The notes beneath the pieces are model-generated. The model was not told the origin of the DNA, searched no databases, and worked only from the letters and a program-made list of their open reading frames with translations. The position numbers and the translations under genes are program-made. Below, piece after piece: positions 1 to 10,365 of a stretch of 64,000 nucleotides of DNA (the first letter of the stretch is position 1; the number at the start of each line of letters is the position of its first letter). Source of the stretch: Candidatus Spongiisociaceae bacterium (GTDB lineage Bacteria > Actinomycetota > Acidimicrobiia > Spongiisociales > Spongiisociaceae); assembly GCA_965219685.1 (NCBI GenBank), contig CBDCOH010000002.1:2944001-3008000 (forward strand), in the 5' to 3' direction.

Positions 1-2799
1 GTGCAACGCGGGGACTACTCCGGGGAACCCGCCGCCCGGGGCGTCGCCGTGTTTGCCTCCGGCCTGAACCTGAACGGCGGCGCCATCAGGTCCGCCTGGA
101 ATCAGCCGTTGCGGCCGGCGGAGAACGCGGAGTCCATAGAACGCTGGCCCGATACGCTCCCCAACCCCTGGCTGGACTTCGACCGGAACCACCGGGTGGA
201 CGCGCGGCCGCCGGGAGCCCTCTGGGAGGCCACGCTGAACCCGAAGGGATCGGCGCCGCGCAACCATATCCAGGGTTGCGATGACGGCTTAAGCAGTTGG
301 GCGTGCTATCTGAACGACCGGCTCCAGGAAACCACCTTCTACCTTGAAGGCCGGAAGCACAGCGTACTCAGCCTCATAAATCAGGCGGACGCCAGAGGCT
401 GGCAGCTGTCGATCATAATCGAGCCGCGAATCCCCGGGGACGACTGGACCCTGGAGATCGACGGCCGGGAGTTCTGCGTCGAAGCGGCCCGAACCTACGG
501 GCTTTCCAACAACGCCATCGGGGCCTACTGGGACGGCGCCCCGCTGAGCTGGAGCGAGGGCACGCCGGTTCAGGTGAAGCTGAAGAAGCCCGCCCCCGGC
601 GCCCCGTGGACCTGCGGCAGCCCGGAGGACCAGCCGGTCTTCGAGAGCGCGGCGGTGGGCGGCGAGACGCTGACCATGACCTTCAGCCACGACCTGGTTC
701 CGGAGGTCTCGACCGGCTATCAGGGGTTTGAGAGCACGCCGCCGGCGCCCGGGGCCTTCCACGTCACGGTGAACGGCGTCCGGCGCAACGTGGCCGCCGA
801 TGGCGTGGCCGTATCCGGCAAGACAGTGAGGCTGACCCTGGCCTCGCCGGTGACCAGCGACGACACAGTAACCGTGCGCTACACCCGGCCGTCAGAGAAT
901 GAACTGCGGCGGGTTCACGGCGCTGCCGTGGAAACCTTCGCCGATCAAGCGGTGACCCATGCAGTCCCCCTCGCCAGCAACCTCGGGCAGAGCAATGACG
1001 AAGGCAGTAGTACGCATGTGTACAACGCGCAGACCTTCACCACCGGCAGCCACGGCTATGGCTACACGCTATTCGCCGTGCAAATCCAGATGGGCGTGTG
1101 GACGAACGCTGACGGGGTGAGTGTGTTTCCCGACTACGAGGTCGAGCTCTGGCGAGTAGGCTCGAACGGCCAGCCGGCGGACGACCGTCCAGAGAACAAG
1201 CTCGCTACCTTTACCAAGCCGGACACGTTGATACACGGAATCAACACGTTCCACACCGCCGAGAGCATCGAACTGCGCCCCGAAACCCAGTACGCGGTCG
1301 TGGTTGACCTCACTAGGACGTGCACTTGCACTGTCCGCAATACTCACAGCGACGACGACTCCACGCTGGCTGGCTGGAGCATCGCCAACAACTCTTGGTG
1401 GCGAAGGGCAGGCGAGACAACCTGGCGCTCGTGGCACGCTACGCGCAAGATCGCACTCCTCGGCGCCGCGCGTCAGGGATCTGGAGCCGGCGGGGACAGC
1501 GGCCCGGGGGGCCTGAGCGCCGAGACGATTCCCGGCACCGAGCCCGACACATCCCTGTCCACGGCCAACACGGCATCAGTGACCGGCGTGACGGTCACCT
1601 CGGACGCGGGCGACGACGACACCTATGCCAGAGACGACGTGATCCAGGTGACGGTGACCTTCAGCGAGGCGGTGGACGTCACCGGAACGCCCCAGATCGC
1701 CATCGACATGGACCCGGCGGAATGGGGAACCAAGCAGGCCGCCTACGAGAGCGGCTCCGGCACGGCCAGCCTGGTCTTCGCCCATACCGTGGTCGAACCC
1801 AACATCTCCACCCAGGGCATCGCGGTGCTGGCCAACACCCTGGCGCTCAACGGCGGGACCATCCAGTCGGCGGCGGACGTTGACGCGGACCTGTCCCACA
1901 CCGGCCTCGCCCACAACGCCAGCCACAAGGTGGACTGGCAACTGCCCTCCGAGGAGGGCGGGGCCGTGGGCCAGGGTGACGACGGCGGGGACAGCGACTC
2001 CGAGGAGGAGAGCGTCCCGCCATCGGTGACCGCCGTGGCCGTGTCCTCGGACGCGGGCAGCGACGACACCTACGTCAAGGACGACGTGATCCGGGTGACG
2101 CTGACCTTCAGCGAGGCGGTGGACGTGGACACCACCGACGGCGCCCCCCGCCTGAAGATCGACATGGACCCCGCCGAGTGGGGCGACAAGTGGGCCGCCT
2201 ACGAGAGCGGCAGCGGAACGGCCAGCCTGGTCTTCGCCCATACGGTGGCGGAACCCAACGTCTCGAACCAGGGCATCGCGGTGCTGGCGAACACCCTGGA
2301 TCTGAACAGCGGGACCATCCAGTCGGCGTCGGACGTTGACGCGGACCTGTCCCACACCGGCCTCGCCCACGACGCAAACCACAAGGTGCGCTGGCAGCCC
2401 GTGGTGACCGCCGTGGCGGTGACTTCCGACGCCGGCGGCGACGACACCTATGCCAGGGACGACGTGATCCAGATCACGGTGACCTTCAGCGAGGCCGTGG
2501 ACGTGGACACCACTAACGGTACCCCCCAGATCGCCATCGACATGGACCCCGCCGAGTGGGGAACCAAGTGGGCCAGCTACCACAGCGGCAGCGGCACCAC
2601 GACGTTGACCTTCACCCACACCGTGGTGGAACCCAACATCTCGACGCAGGGCATCGCCGTGCTGGCCAACACGCTGAAACTGAACGGCGGCACCATCCAG
2701 TCGGCCTCCGCCGCCGACGCCGACCTGTCCCACACGGGCCTGACCCACAACGCCGGCCACAAGGTGAACTGGCAGCTGGAGCCGCCGGTGGGGCTGTAG
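1..2799 (+). CDS. Large repetitive surface/secreted protein, 5'-truncated: SwmB-like domain, a beta-rich domain and three ~120-aa Ig-like repeats
   Basis: ORF open at the window start. SwmB-like segment (AAVGGETLTMTFS...VSGKTVRLTLASPV...VTVRYTRP) and three near-identical repeats (TSDAGDDDTY..DDVIQVTVTFSEAVDV...SGSGT..L.F.HTV.EPN.S.QGIAVLANTL.LNGGTIQS). Confidence 0.8.
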   Translation: MQRGDYSGEPAARGVAVFASGLNLNGGAIRSAWNQPLRPAENAESIERWPDTLPNPWLDFDRNHRVDARPPGALWEATLNPKGSAPRNHIQGCDDGLSSWACYLNDRLQETTFYLEGRKHSVLSLINQADARGWQLSIIIEPRIPGDDWTLEIDGREFCVEAARTYGLSNNAIGAYWDGAPLSWSEGTPVQVKLKKPAPGAPWTCGSPEDQPVFESAAVGGETLTMTFSHDLVPEVSTGYQGFESTPPAPGAFHVTVNGVRRNVAADGVAVSGKTVRLTLASPVTSDDTVTVRYTRPSENELRRVHGAAVETFADQAVTHAVPLASNLGQSNDEGSSTHVYNAQTFTTGSHGYGYTLFAVQIQMGVWTNADGVSVFPDYEVELWRVGSNGQPADDRPENKLATFTKPDTLIHGINTFHTAESIELRPETQYAVVVDLTRTCTCTVRNTHSDDDSTLAGWSIANNSWWRRAGETTWRSWHATRKIALLGAARQGSGAGGDSGPGGLSAETIPGTEPDTSLSTANTASVTGVTVTSDAGDDDTYARDDVIQVTVTFSEAVDVTGTPQIAIDMDPAEWGTKQAAYESGSGTASLVFAHTVVEPNISTQGIAVLANTLALNGGTIQSAADVDADLSHTGLAHNASHKVDWQLPSEEGGAVGQGDDGGDSDSEEESVPPSVTAVAVSSDAGSDDTYVKDDVIRVTLTFSEAVDVDTTDGAPRLKIDMDPAEWGDKWAAYESGSGTASLVFAHTVAEPNVSNQGIAVLANTLDLNSGTIQSASDVDADLSHTGLAHDANHKVRWQPVVTAVAVTSDAGGDDTYARDDVIQITVTFSEAVDVDTTNGTPQIAIDMDPAEWGTKWASYHSGSGTTTLTFTHTVVEPNISTQGIAVLANTLKLNGGTIQSASAADADLSHTGLTHNAGHKVNWQLEPPVGL

Positions 2800-2820
2800 C
2801 CCGGCAATGCCGGACGGGGT

Positions 2821-3175
2821 TTAGCCGCCGGGGCGGGGTTGTTGGGGGTGGTATTTGTCGAGGAAGGTTTGGTGGGCGCGTTCCTGTTGCTGGTACGGGT
2901 TGAAGTATTCGACGTTGGTGGGGTGCCGGTAACCGGTCCAGGTTCGGGGTGGGAGGAGCCGGCGGCGCTGGGGCGGCGTGTCGGGATCGATGCGATGCCC
3001 TCTTCGGTGGATAGCGATGTGGTGGCGGTACCAGCAAAGGGTGGCAAGGTTTCCCGCTGTGTTCTTGCCTCCGTCGCGTCGGGGGATCACATGGTGGGTT
3101 TGGAGCCGGTAGCTGCTCTGGCACGATCGATCACGCATTCGCGGTCCCTGGCGAGCACCGCCCTTCGCCGCCGTC
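2821..3175 (-). pseudogene. HNH endonuclease C-terminal remnant (DUF222/13E12-type), frameshifted and 5'-truncated
   Basis: Joining two frames across a 1-nt deletion near 3124 gives RRAVLARDRECVID-CQSSYRLQTHHVIPRRDGGKNTAGNLATLCWYRHH, which fits the RDxxC...C...HH..P...GG.....NL..LC..HH pattern. Confidence 0.75.
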
Positions 3176-3462
3176 TGGGGCCTCGGCTCCCGCTTAAGCC
3201 CTGCAGGCCGGCTCTTCTCATGAGCATCGCCACCGCGTTGTGCCCGACGGTGATTCCGTACCCCAACCTCAGCTCGGCGTGCACCCTCGGTGCTCCATAC
3301 GTCCCGCGGGACTGCTGGTGGATCTGGTGGATGAGATCCGTCAACCACGCATGGCGGATGGCCCGAGCCGAGGGTGGGCGGGTCCTCCACTCGTAGAACC
3401 CGGATTCCGATTACTCCAAGCACCCGGCACGCGACTTGGGTGGGCAGCCCCTCGCCCCTCAT
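3176..3462 (-). pseudogene. IS3 OrfB N-terminal fragment, frameshifted
   Basis: ACRVLGV/SESGFYEW (extra nt near 3411)...IHQQSRGTYGAPRVHAEL...VAMLMRRAGLQG, after which the sequence switches to the HNH remnant. Confidence 0.8.
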
Positions 3463-3767
3463 GACTTGGATCGCTTCGTATCGTCCCCTGCGGTCACCAC
3501 CTGGGCTTTCAGCAGCTCGTTGGCTCGTCTGGTCACCGCCAGTTCTGTCTCCAGCTCGACGATGCGACGGCGGGCAGCTCTCAGTTCCTCCTTCTCAGAA
3601 GACGTCAGACCCGGCTCAAGGCCGCGGTCAACAGCGTCCTGGCGTCGCCAGTTGTAGATCGTCTGGTCCGCCACACCGAGATCAGCTGACAGAGATGCCA
3701 CCGACCTGCCAGCAGCCAACAGGTCCAGGACTTTGCGACGGAACTCGGGCGGATATCGATAGGGCAT
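3459..3767 (-). CDS. IS3-family transposase OrfA (HTH plus leucine zipper)
   Basis: MPYRYPPEFRRKVLDLL...LGVADQTIYNWRRQ...EELRAARRRIVELETE. Confidence 0.88.
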   Translation of the reverse strand: MPYRYPPEFRRKVLDLLAAGRSVASLSADLGVADQTIYNWRRQDAVDRGLEPGLTSSEKEELRAARRRIVELETELAVTRRANELLKAQVVTAGDDTKRSKS

Positions 3768-3867
3768 GAGACCCCTCCTTTGCGGGTCAGCACGCCACTA
3801 ATTCAAATATGCTGACTCCGGAAAACTGGGGTATCGCCTAAGTCTCCGGGGAACCCGGGGCGGTTCA

Positions 3868-3949
3868 GTGAATGGTGAAGCTCTAATACGCCACCGATCA
3901 CGGACTACCACTCACCACTCACTACTCACTACTCACCATTCACCACTCA
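3868..3949. repeat. Heptamer tandem repeats (CACYAYT x6 at 3906-3949; opposite-strand remnant GTGAATGGTGAA at 3868-3879)
   Basis: Read directly. The array includes the thiD stop codon. Confidence 0.85.
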
Positions 3950-4750
3950 AGCCCATCCGAAGTGGTCGATCGGGCCTTCGCCCCGGCCCAGTCTCCACGT
4001 CGCGGCGCCCGCGATAGCCCGAGCGACCCAAGCCTTTGCTTCCCCGACCGCGATCAGCAGGCCGGTACCCGAAGCCAAGCGCGCTGCTATGGAGGCCGAA
4101 AGCGCATCTCCGGTGCCATGGACGTTGCGCGACTTCACCCATCGACCGGGGAGGGTGTGCGTCTGCAGGCCGTCGGACAGCACGTCAACCGGCCGCGGCC
4201 CGCCCAGGCGCCCCCCTGTGACCAGGATCGGAGTCCGGGTAGACCTTGCCAGTTCTCTGGCCACTTCTCTTTGCTGGGCTTCGTTGGCGATCGGTCGATC
4301 TGCGAGCAGGGCGGCCTCGCGGTGGTTGGGGGTCGCCAGGACGGCTGCGGGAATCAGGATCTCCCGATACGCGGCGATGGTGGCCCGGTCGACCAGCACC
4401 GCCCCGTCGCGGTCCACGAGAACCGGATCCACCACCAGGTTGGGCAGCCTCCAGGCGTGGTCGGCCACGAGCAGGACGACCTCCTCCGTGCCCAGCAGGC
4501 CGGTCTTGGCGGCATCGGGCGGGAGATCGACATAGAGAGTCCTTATCTGGGCGTCTACCAGTTCGGCGGGAATGGTTTCGCCCGTCTCCACACCCCGGGT
4601 GTTCTGGGCGGTGACGGAGGTGATCACGGTGGTCGCGAAGACTCCGTGCGCGGACAGAGTCTTCAGGTCGGCTTGGACACCGGCTCCGGCGCCGGAGTCG
4701 CTGCCGCCGATCGTCATCACCGTTCTGGGAGTAGGCGTCGTTTCCTCCAT
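3947..4750 (-). CDS. thiD: Hydroxymethylpyrimidine/phosphomethylpyrimidine kinase
   Basis: [48 protein letters not shown]. Start trimmed to ATG 4750. Confidence 0.93.
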   Translation of the reverse strand: MEETTPTPRTVMTIGGSDSGAGAGVQADLKTLSAHGVFATTVITSVTAQNTRGVETGETIPAELVDAQIRTLYVDLPPDAAKTGLLGTEEVVLLVADHAWRLPNLVVDPVLVDRDGAVLVDRATIAAYREILIPAAVLATPNHREAALLADRPIANEAQQREVARELARSTRTPILVTGGRLGGPRPVDVLSDGLQTHTLPGRWVKSRNVHGTGDALSASIAARLASGTGLLIAVGEAKAWVARAIAGAATWRLGRGEGPIDHFGWA

Positions 4751-5553
4751 TCGACAACGGAGTCGTGGGCGGTCCGCCGCTCGCTGCCGGATCGCTGCAC
4801 GATGCCGACCGGATCCACTTCGACCGTGGTATTCGTACACCCGCCGGCGTCGTAGGCCTGGTACGTGACCCGACCGCGGTCCACCTGGACGGGTTCTCCA
4901 TCGAAGCCGAGCGCGTTCGGTTCGCTCCACCGTACTTCGATGGAGGGGTCGTCGCAGCTCGTGAAGAGCTCAGACCACACCACGGGCGCCCGCAGATGGT
5001 CACCACGGCACAGGAGATGTCGCACCACCACGTCCTCGCCGGTTTCGAGACCTTCGATCCTGGCCGGCCACCTGCCCGGGTTCTCGGTGCCGGGAATGCG
5101 AGGCCCGATGGTGAGCCGGTACCGGAAACCCGGTTGCCAGCCGAAGTCCCGGGTGTTCGGATCGCGGGGCGCGGACGGCAGGGGCGACTCCGTCCCAGGA
5201 AGGATGGCACCGCCGCGGTCGTAACCACCCCAGTTGACGGCCAGGTTCCGGGGATGGCGGGGATTCCACTGGATCCCCGCGTGGGCGCCTCCTTCGTGGC
5301 GGGCGTGCGACCAGAAGGATGCCTGGACGGCGAAGAAGGCCAGACGGCTCACCTCCGGCGGCCTGAGCACTTCCAGGATCACCGACACCGACGCCAGGGG
5401 AACCGCCGGAACATCCCACCAGATGTGGAACGAGGACGCCCCGTTCGGGGAAGGCGGCAGCCCTTGGGCGCGTACGGGCCCGCTCCCCACCGGCTCGGGT
5501 AGGGTCGGGTGGGAGTCCGTCACTGGTACCGGTTCGGGAGGGTCACGACCCAT
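4717..5553 (-). CDS. Hypothetical protein (possibly DUF3472-like)
   Basis: 278-aa ORF with typical codon bias, co-directional with and overlapping thiD. Contains GAHAGIQW and VNWGGY. Confidence 0.6.
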   Translation of the reverse strand: MGRDPPEPVPVTDSHPTLPEPVGSGPVRAQGLPPSPNGASSFHIWWDVPAVPLASVSVILEVLRPPEVSRLAFFAVQASFWSHARHEGGAHAGIQWNPRHPRNLAVNWGGYDRGGAILPGTESPLPSAPRDPNTRDFGWQPGFRYRLTIGPRIPGTENPGRWPARIEGLETGEDVVVRHLLCRGDHLRAPVVWSELFTSCDDPSIEVRWSEPNALGFDGEPVQVDRGRVTYQAYDAGGCTNTTVEVDPVGIVQRSGSERRTAHDSVVEWRKRRLLPER

Positions 5554-5588
5554 TCGGGTTTATCCACGGACCACGGACCACGAACCGA

Positions 5589-6569
5589 TCAGGACGCCAA
5601 CCGTTCGTCGAAGTAGTCGATCAGGTGTGCTTCATACCGATGCGGGTAGTCGTCCCACGCATCGGCATGGGAACAGCCTTCGTAGACGGTCAGTCGCGGA
5701 GGGTGGCGGACCTCGGCTCGGATACGGTCCAGGTTGCTGATCGGGATGCGGTCATCCTCGTCGCAGTGGGCGAGACCGATGGCGTAGGGATACCGGGCGG
5801 CATCTTCCGCCGGGTGCACGTTCTCGATGTCGAGACCCTTGGAGAGCCGGGCCATCAGGACTACGCCGGGCCGCAGAACGGAAGCCAACCAGGAAGGCGC
5901 CGAGGTGCGCCGGGCTACCTCCTGGACGACCAGTTCCGACAGCGAGGCGAAGGCCGAATCGGCGTAGACACCGGCAACGGCCGGCTCGCCCCATCCCGAC
6001 ATCAGAACGATCGCCGCGCCGTAGGATCGGCCATACAGGAATATCGTTCCGGGTTCGACGCCGCGCTCACCGATCAGGTAGTCGATCGCGCCGAGAAGGT
6101 CGTCCCGCTCGTGGAGCCCGGCGCCCATCTGCGCCAGGTCGGATTCTCCGTGGCCGCGCAGGTCGAAGGCGAGCACGGAGTAGCCACCCTCGACCAGGGC
6201 GGGAACCGTGCCGAGCGCGGAACTGCGGTTGCTGTCGATGCCGTGCACCCGGATCACCGTTGCGCGGGCGTCCGGGGCAGGTATCCACCACCCGCGCAGG
6301 GTGAGCCGAGGCCAGCCACGGGGCGAGAAATCGACGTCCTCGTATGGCAGGGCGAAGTCCTCCGGGCGTTCATCGAGCGGGTTCGCCTCCGCGTCGAGCG
6401 CGGTGTCGACAATGTAAAGGGACACGGCGACGTAGAGGAGAGCGAGGATCACCGCCGGTATGACCACCCGCCTGAGCCATTTCGAACGCCTCGCTCCCCG
6501 GCCCGTGCGCGGCCGGGTGGTCGTCAGGCGTCGGATCGCCGCAGTGAAGCCTTTGGATGGACGTCCCAC
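5589..6569 (-). CDS. Membrane-anchored alpha/beta hydrolase
   Basis: N-terminal TM, HG motif, FDLRGHGES, nucleophile motif GRSYG, C-terminal Asp and His. Confidence 0.88.
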   Translation of the reverse strand: MGRPSKGFTAAIRRLTTTRPRTGRGARRSKWLRRVVIPAVILALLYVAVSLYIVDTALDAEANPLDERPEDFALPYEDVDFSPRGWPRLTLRGWWIPAPDARATVIRVHGIDSNRSSALGTVPALVEGGYSVLAFDLRGHGESDLAQMGAGLHERDDLLGAIDYLIGERGVEPGTIFLYGRSYGAAIVLMSGWGEPAVAGVYADSAFASLSELVVQEVARRTSAPSWLASVLRPGVVLMARLSKGLDIENVHPAEDAARYPYAIGLAHCDEDDRIPISNLDRIRAEVRHPPRLTVYEGCSHADAWDDYPHRYEAHLIDYFDERLAS

Positions 6570-6608
6570 GGTAGGGATCCTATTTCATCCTCCACCGACC
6601 GTGCTCGA

Positions 6609-8288
6609 TCAACCGGCCGGAAGGAGCGATAGAACCAACGTGGCCCTGGTGTGGTCTCCGTCGGTCCCGACCCCGAGCGCCAGCGCGCTGAGCCCGTCCG
6701 TGAGTACCTCGATCGGACCCTCCGATGTCCCCATGTCGAGGGGATCCACATGATCGAAGATGGTCTCGAGGTCCACGTAGGCCAGGAGCCGGGGGTCGTA
6801 GGAAATGTGGCCCACGGTTCTCCGGTACCGGTCCGTGTCAGCGAGCAGGTCTCTCCCGGCTACCTGGGCATCCGCGATGGATCGCAGCGCCTCGACACTG
6901 GTTCCGAGAGTGAGATACCCGGCGTTGACCATGTAACCGACCGACAACTGCTCCCCGACCTCAACGATCCTCGCCGGCTGGCCCGCACCGACGTCAACTT
7001 CCTCCGCGACAACGCCCATAGGAATCCCGGCGACCAGGGAGTCCAGTGCCTCGGCAAGGGCGTGGCCGGACAGCGGTCGGTGGGACAGCAGCGCCACTCC
7101 GTCGATGAAGGCATCCTGGCGGTCCGAGGGATGAACAGCCACGACCAACTCCCCACCGAGGTGATCGAACAGGTCCTGTTCGAGATCCAGCCCGATTCCC
7201 GTCTCCACGGCTGCCAGCACCACATCCAGGGCATCGGCCACGGTCGCATCCTCCTCGAGCATCGGTCCGCCGTCCATCTGCGGCGCACCGAGGAACCCTC
7301 CGTCCGGTAGGAGAGTTCCCAGGTCGCACGCGTCGAGGACATCGCGCCAGCGATCGAGGTCGGGATCGAATCCGACGGAGACGAACCCGAGCGAGCCGGC
7401 CGGAACCGCCCCCGCGGTGGCCTCGCCCGAAGTCCCCGTCCACCAGCTGGTCACGTCCGGCATCACAAGGTCCAGGACCAGACCGCCGTCCGCCCAGCCC
7501 GCCGAAGCCATCATCCAGCCGGGCGCCCGGAACGTCCCCGAACAACCCCCATCCCCGACTCCGTCACCGATCAGCTCCCTCATCCGACCGTAGTCCAGGA
7601 AGGCGGAGGCGAAGCGCTGATCAGGCGCGGCTGAGCGGGCCTCCAGGAACGTCGGGTTGGCCGCCAGGCTCCGGCTCTCGCCGCCGCTCGCATGATCCAG
7701 GACCTCGCCGATCAGACCCCGATCGGTCGAGAACAGCATCAGGTCGGCGGACAAGGCGTAGACCTCCTCCTCCATCCAGCGGCCGGGGCCGTCGCCAAGC
7801 CAGATCGCACCCTCGCTCACCGCAAGACGCTCGAACGACCCGGATCCATCCGCCTCCCGACGATCGATCCAGCGCGCCAGGAAGTCACCCGCGGCGTCCC
7901 GATCGGTGATGTCGACCGCAAGCGCCAGTCCCGGTCGCCCATCTCCCAGATCGAAGATCGCCGCCGACACCTCCGAACCCATCCATGCGCCGATACCCTC
8001 GAAGTCGGTTCCCATGGCATCGACCAGCAGGGTCTCGGCATGGGTCACCCACTCGCTTACCGCGTCGAACTCGTGGAAGAACTCGACTATCTCGGTCATG
8101 TACTCGAGTTGGCCACCCGTAGCGTCGAGGGACACCGAGGCATACGCGACCGCGTCCTCGGGGTAGTACGCAGCCGAAGCCTCCGCCGCGACAGCAGGAG
8201 TCCCCTCCGGCGAGTAGACCCTCCACATCCACACCGAGGCGATACCCACCGCCATTACCGTGAGGAAGATCAGTTCTCTACGCGTCAT
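6609..8288 (-). CDS. Membrane-anchored exported protein (DUF3352-like)
   Basis: N-terminal TM, YYPEDAVAYASV, internally duplicated architecture, GGGAG RBS upstream of ATG 8288. Confidence 0.7.
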   Translation of the reverse strand: MTRRELIFLTVMAVGIASVWMWRVYSPEGTPAVAAEASAAYYPEDAVAYASVSLDATGGQLEYMTEIVEFFHEFDAVSEWVTHAETLLVDAMGTDFEGIGAWMGSEVSAAIFDLGDGRPGLALAVDITDRDAAGDFLARWIDRREADGSGSFERLAVSEGAIWLGDGPGRWMEEEVYALSADLMLFSTDRGLIGEVLDHASGGESRSLAANPTFLEARSAAPDQRFASAFLDYGRMRELIGDGVGDGGCSGTFRAPGWMMASAGWADGGLVLDLVMPDVTSWWTGTSGEATAGAVPAGSLGFVSVGFDPDLDRWRDVLDACDLGTLLPDGGFLGAPQMDGGPMLEEDATVADALDVVLAAVETGIGLDLEQDLFDHLGGELVVAVHPSDRQDAFIDGVALLSHRPLSGHALAEALDSLVAGIPMGVVAEEVDVGAGQPARIVEVGEQLSVGYMVNAGYLTLGTSVEALRSIADAQVAGRDLLADTDRYRRTVGHISYDPRLLAYVDLETIFDHVDPLDMGTSEGPIEVLTDGLSALALGVGTDGDHTRATLVLSLLPAG

Positions 8289-8568
8289 GTCGCTCCCACC
8301 GAGGCCGTGTCCGAATTGCCGAGACTCACCCACTCGCAAGTTAGCGGCATGTTTAGCAGGATCCGGAGCCAACAGATCCCTATATCACGCCTGTTGTCTC
8401 AGGAGATGCCAGTCTTGATTCCAACCCCCGTTGACGCCAACCTGATCTAGCCTGTCACGACGATGTCCGTGGGCGGGGCCGGAAAGTGGAACTGTCACAC
8501 CCCACGTGGATACTGTGGGAATGCAACGCCAAACGAAGAACCACACTCTAGGCTCGGAACGTTGACTC

Positions 8569-10112
8569 ATGGGCCTGTTTGGGCGCTGGCTCGCGAACCG
8601 CCTCGGCGCCGCCGGAGGCACCGCTCCGGGCCAGTCGCTATCTATCTCGCCACTGCCCCGAAGCTGCCATGAGTCGAACCTTATCGACCTAGTCGATGAA
8701 TGGGGGCTCACGTTTTCTCTCCTAGACGACACCAGGGCATGGCGTGAGAGAGCCGTCTACAAGTTTGTTCTTCGGGACAGTGACCATGTGGATGTTTCCA
8801 CCGCATATCAGATACGTCTTCCCGTTGAAATGGTGCATCCTTACGACCGTACGGCTCGACCCGGTGACCTGTTAAGAGTCGCCCTCCCGTTCACGGTTCG
8901 CGCGAACGATCTCCTCCTCGACATCGACTTTGGAGGTGTTCGGGACAATCCCATCGCGCTGCGGCTTCGACAAGAAATCGCCGAGATGCAGGCTCAGTAC
9001 ATTGCCCACGTAGACGGCCGCCCTCTTGGTGACCAGCCGCTCGGCGGTGCACTCTGGGTCGCGGTGTCATCCTACACCCCCTTCGATTGGAGGGAGCATT
9101 ACGGCAGAGCGAAACCAAGCGCTATACGACGCCTGGTACCGGGATTCCGTGACTTCTGGCGAACGAGGGCTCTAGTCGAATACCTAAACGCTGACCTCAA
9201 GCTCGACATCGTAGCCAAAGACATCACCCGTTGGATCAGCCGAACAGCAGATGCCAGCCAGCTGCTCGCCACAGCCTTGGGAGAGCCCCAAGACATGGAG
9301 TCGTCTTCCGAGTGCATCTTGCTGGCCATTCCGTTCATGCCCGTCAGGCCACGGCGAATCACCGATATTGACATTCTCGTCGATGAGTTCTGTACCTCCG
9401 TCGAGAAGATGGACCCGCCAACTCGAGAGGTGCTGGCCGAATATGGGCGGCGCTGGGAAGTCATAGTCGACACGGTCATACCGATTGGGCAAAGCTGCAC
9501 CGTCAAGATGTCCGAGCAGCGCCCTTGGATCAATGCACCATCACCCATCATGAAGCAGGAGGTTGCTTTCGGAGACGCTGCGACACACATGTGGAGATCA
9601 GAGCCGTTGACCACAACGCTGAGATTCATCGGCCAAGGATCAGCGATCTCGCTGGCGAACGCGAGAGCTACACGATCGTCGACACCGTCCGCGAAACGAC
9701 CGAAGCAACTGCCATCTACGCTTCAGACACCAACCGACCCTACGTTGCGCAAGTAGAGGTGAGGACCCGACTTCGCCGGATTCAACTCTATTTGGCGACT
9801 TGGTTGCTCGTACTCGGAGGTGTCTCGACTGTGATCGCCCTCGTCCTCCCTGAGGAGCCTCACCTGATCGACTCCCTCACCCTTCTCGTGTTCCCGCTGA
9901 CGCTAGCCGGCTCCGTCGTCCTCTACCGCGAGCCGACGCCTCTTGCAGAACGTTTGCTCCGTCGTTGGCGGAAGTGTCTGGTGTCGGCGATAGCTGCGCT
10001 CTGGATCGCGACAGTCGCTCGCCTTCTTCTCTTTGCCGACGTGCCGGCAGCGGAGGCAGTGTGGTCTGCAATCAAGACCACAGGCTGTGGACTAGTATCA
10101 CTAGTGACCTGA
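8569..10112 (+). pseudogene. Hypothetical protein with C-terminal TM helices, split by a 1-nt frameshift near 9585
   Basis: ORF 8569-9756 loses protein-like character after FGDAAT. ORF 9525-10112 becomes protein-like at THVEIRAV and ends in about 3 hydrophobic helices. The junction is GCGACACACATGTG. Confidence 0.6.
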
Positions 10113-10128
10113 GGGAGAGGGGAACGCG

Positions 10129-10299
10129 ATGGCTAAGAATGGGGCTAAGGGAAGCGGCAGGCTCGGAGCGATCTCTGGACGCAGCCAGGTTCAGAATCCC
10201 AAGAGCGGGCTATGGACGAAGCGCGACACTTCGACAGGACGCTTCCTTGCGACCAAAAAGACCGGTGGACCATTCAAGGGAGTACGGCGCGAACGCTGA
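10129..10299 (+). CDS. Small basic protein, 56 aa (below the ORF-track cut-off)
   Basis: Purine-rich RBS (GAGGGAGAGGGGA) before ATG 10129. Translation: MAKNGAKGSGRLGAISGRSQVQNPKSGLWTKRDTSTGRFLATKKTGGPFKGVRRER*. It resembles a conserved small hypothetical family I recall (RSQ..NP..G.W.KRD...GRF....K....FKGVR.E). Confidence 0.8.
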   Translation: MAKNGAKGSGRLGAISGRSQVQNPKSGLWTKRDTSTGRFLATKKTGGPFKGVRRER

Positions 10300-10365
10300 C
10301 CGGCCCTCGGAGTCGAGAAGGAGCACGTCTATCAGTCCCTGTGTCCGCGCTCTGCCGAGTTCCTG

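Larger units (their letters stand above)
3176..3867 (-). mobile_element. Truncated IS3-family element (IS6110-like left end, orfA, start of orfB)
   Basis: The reverse complement of 3841-3867 is TGAACCGCCCCGGGTTCCCCGGAGACT, an IS6110-like terminal IR. orfA and the N-terminus of orfB follow. No DDE domain or right IR was seen. Confidence 0.88.

Noticed and set aside
4750-8400. TPP riboswitch upstream of thiD or its operon
   Set aside because: No convincing CTGAGA...CCTGA...AATxCxxGCGxAGG arrangement was seen.
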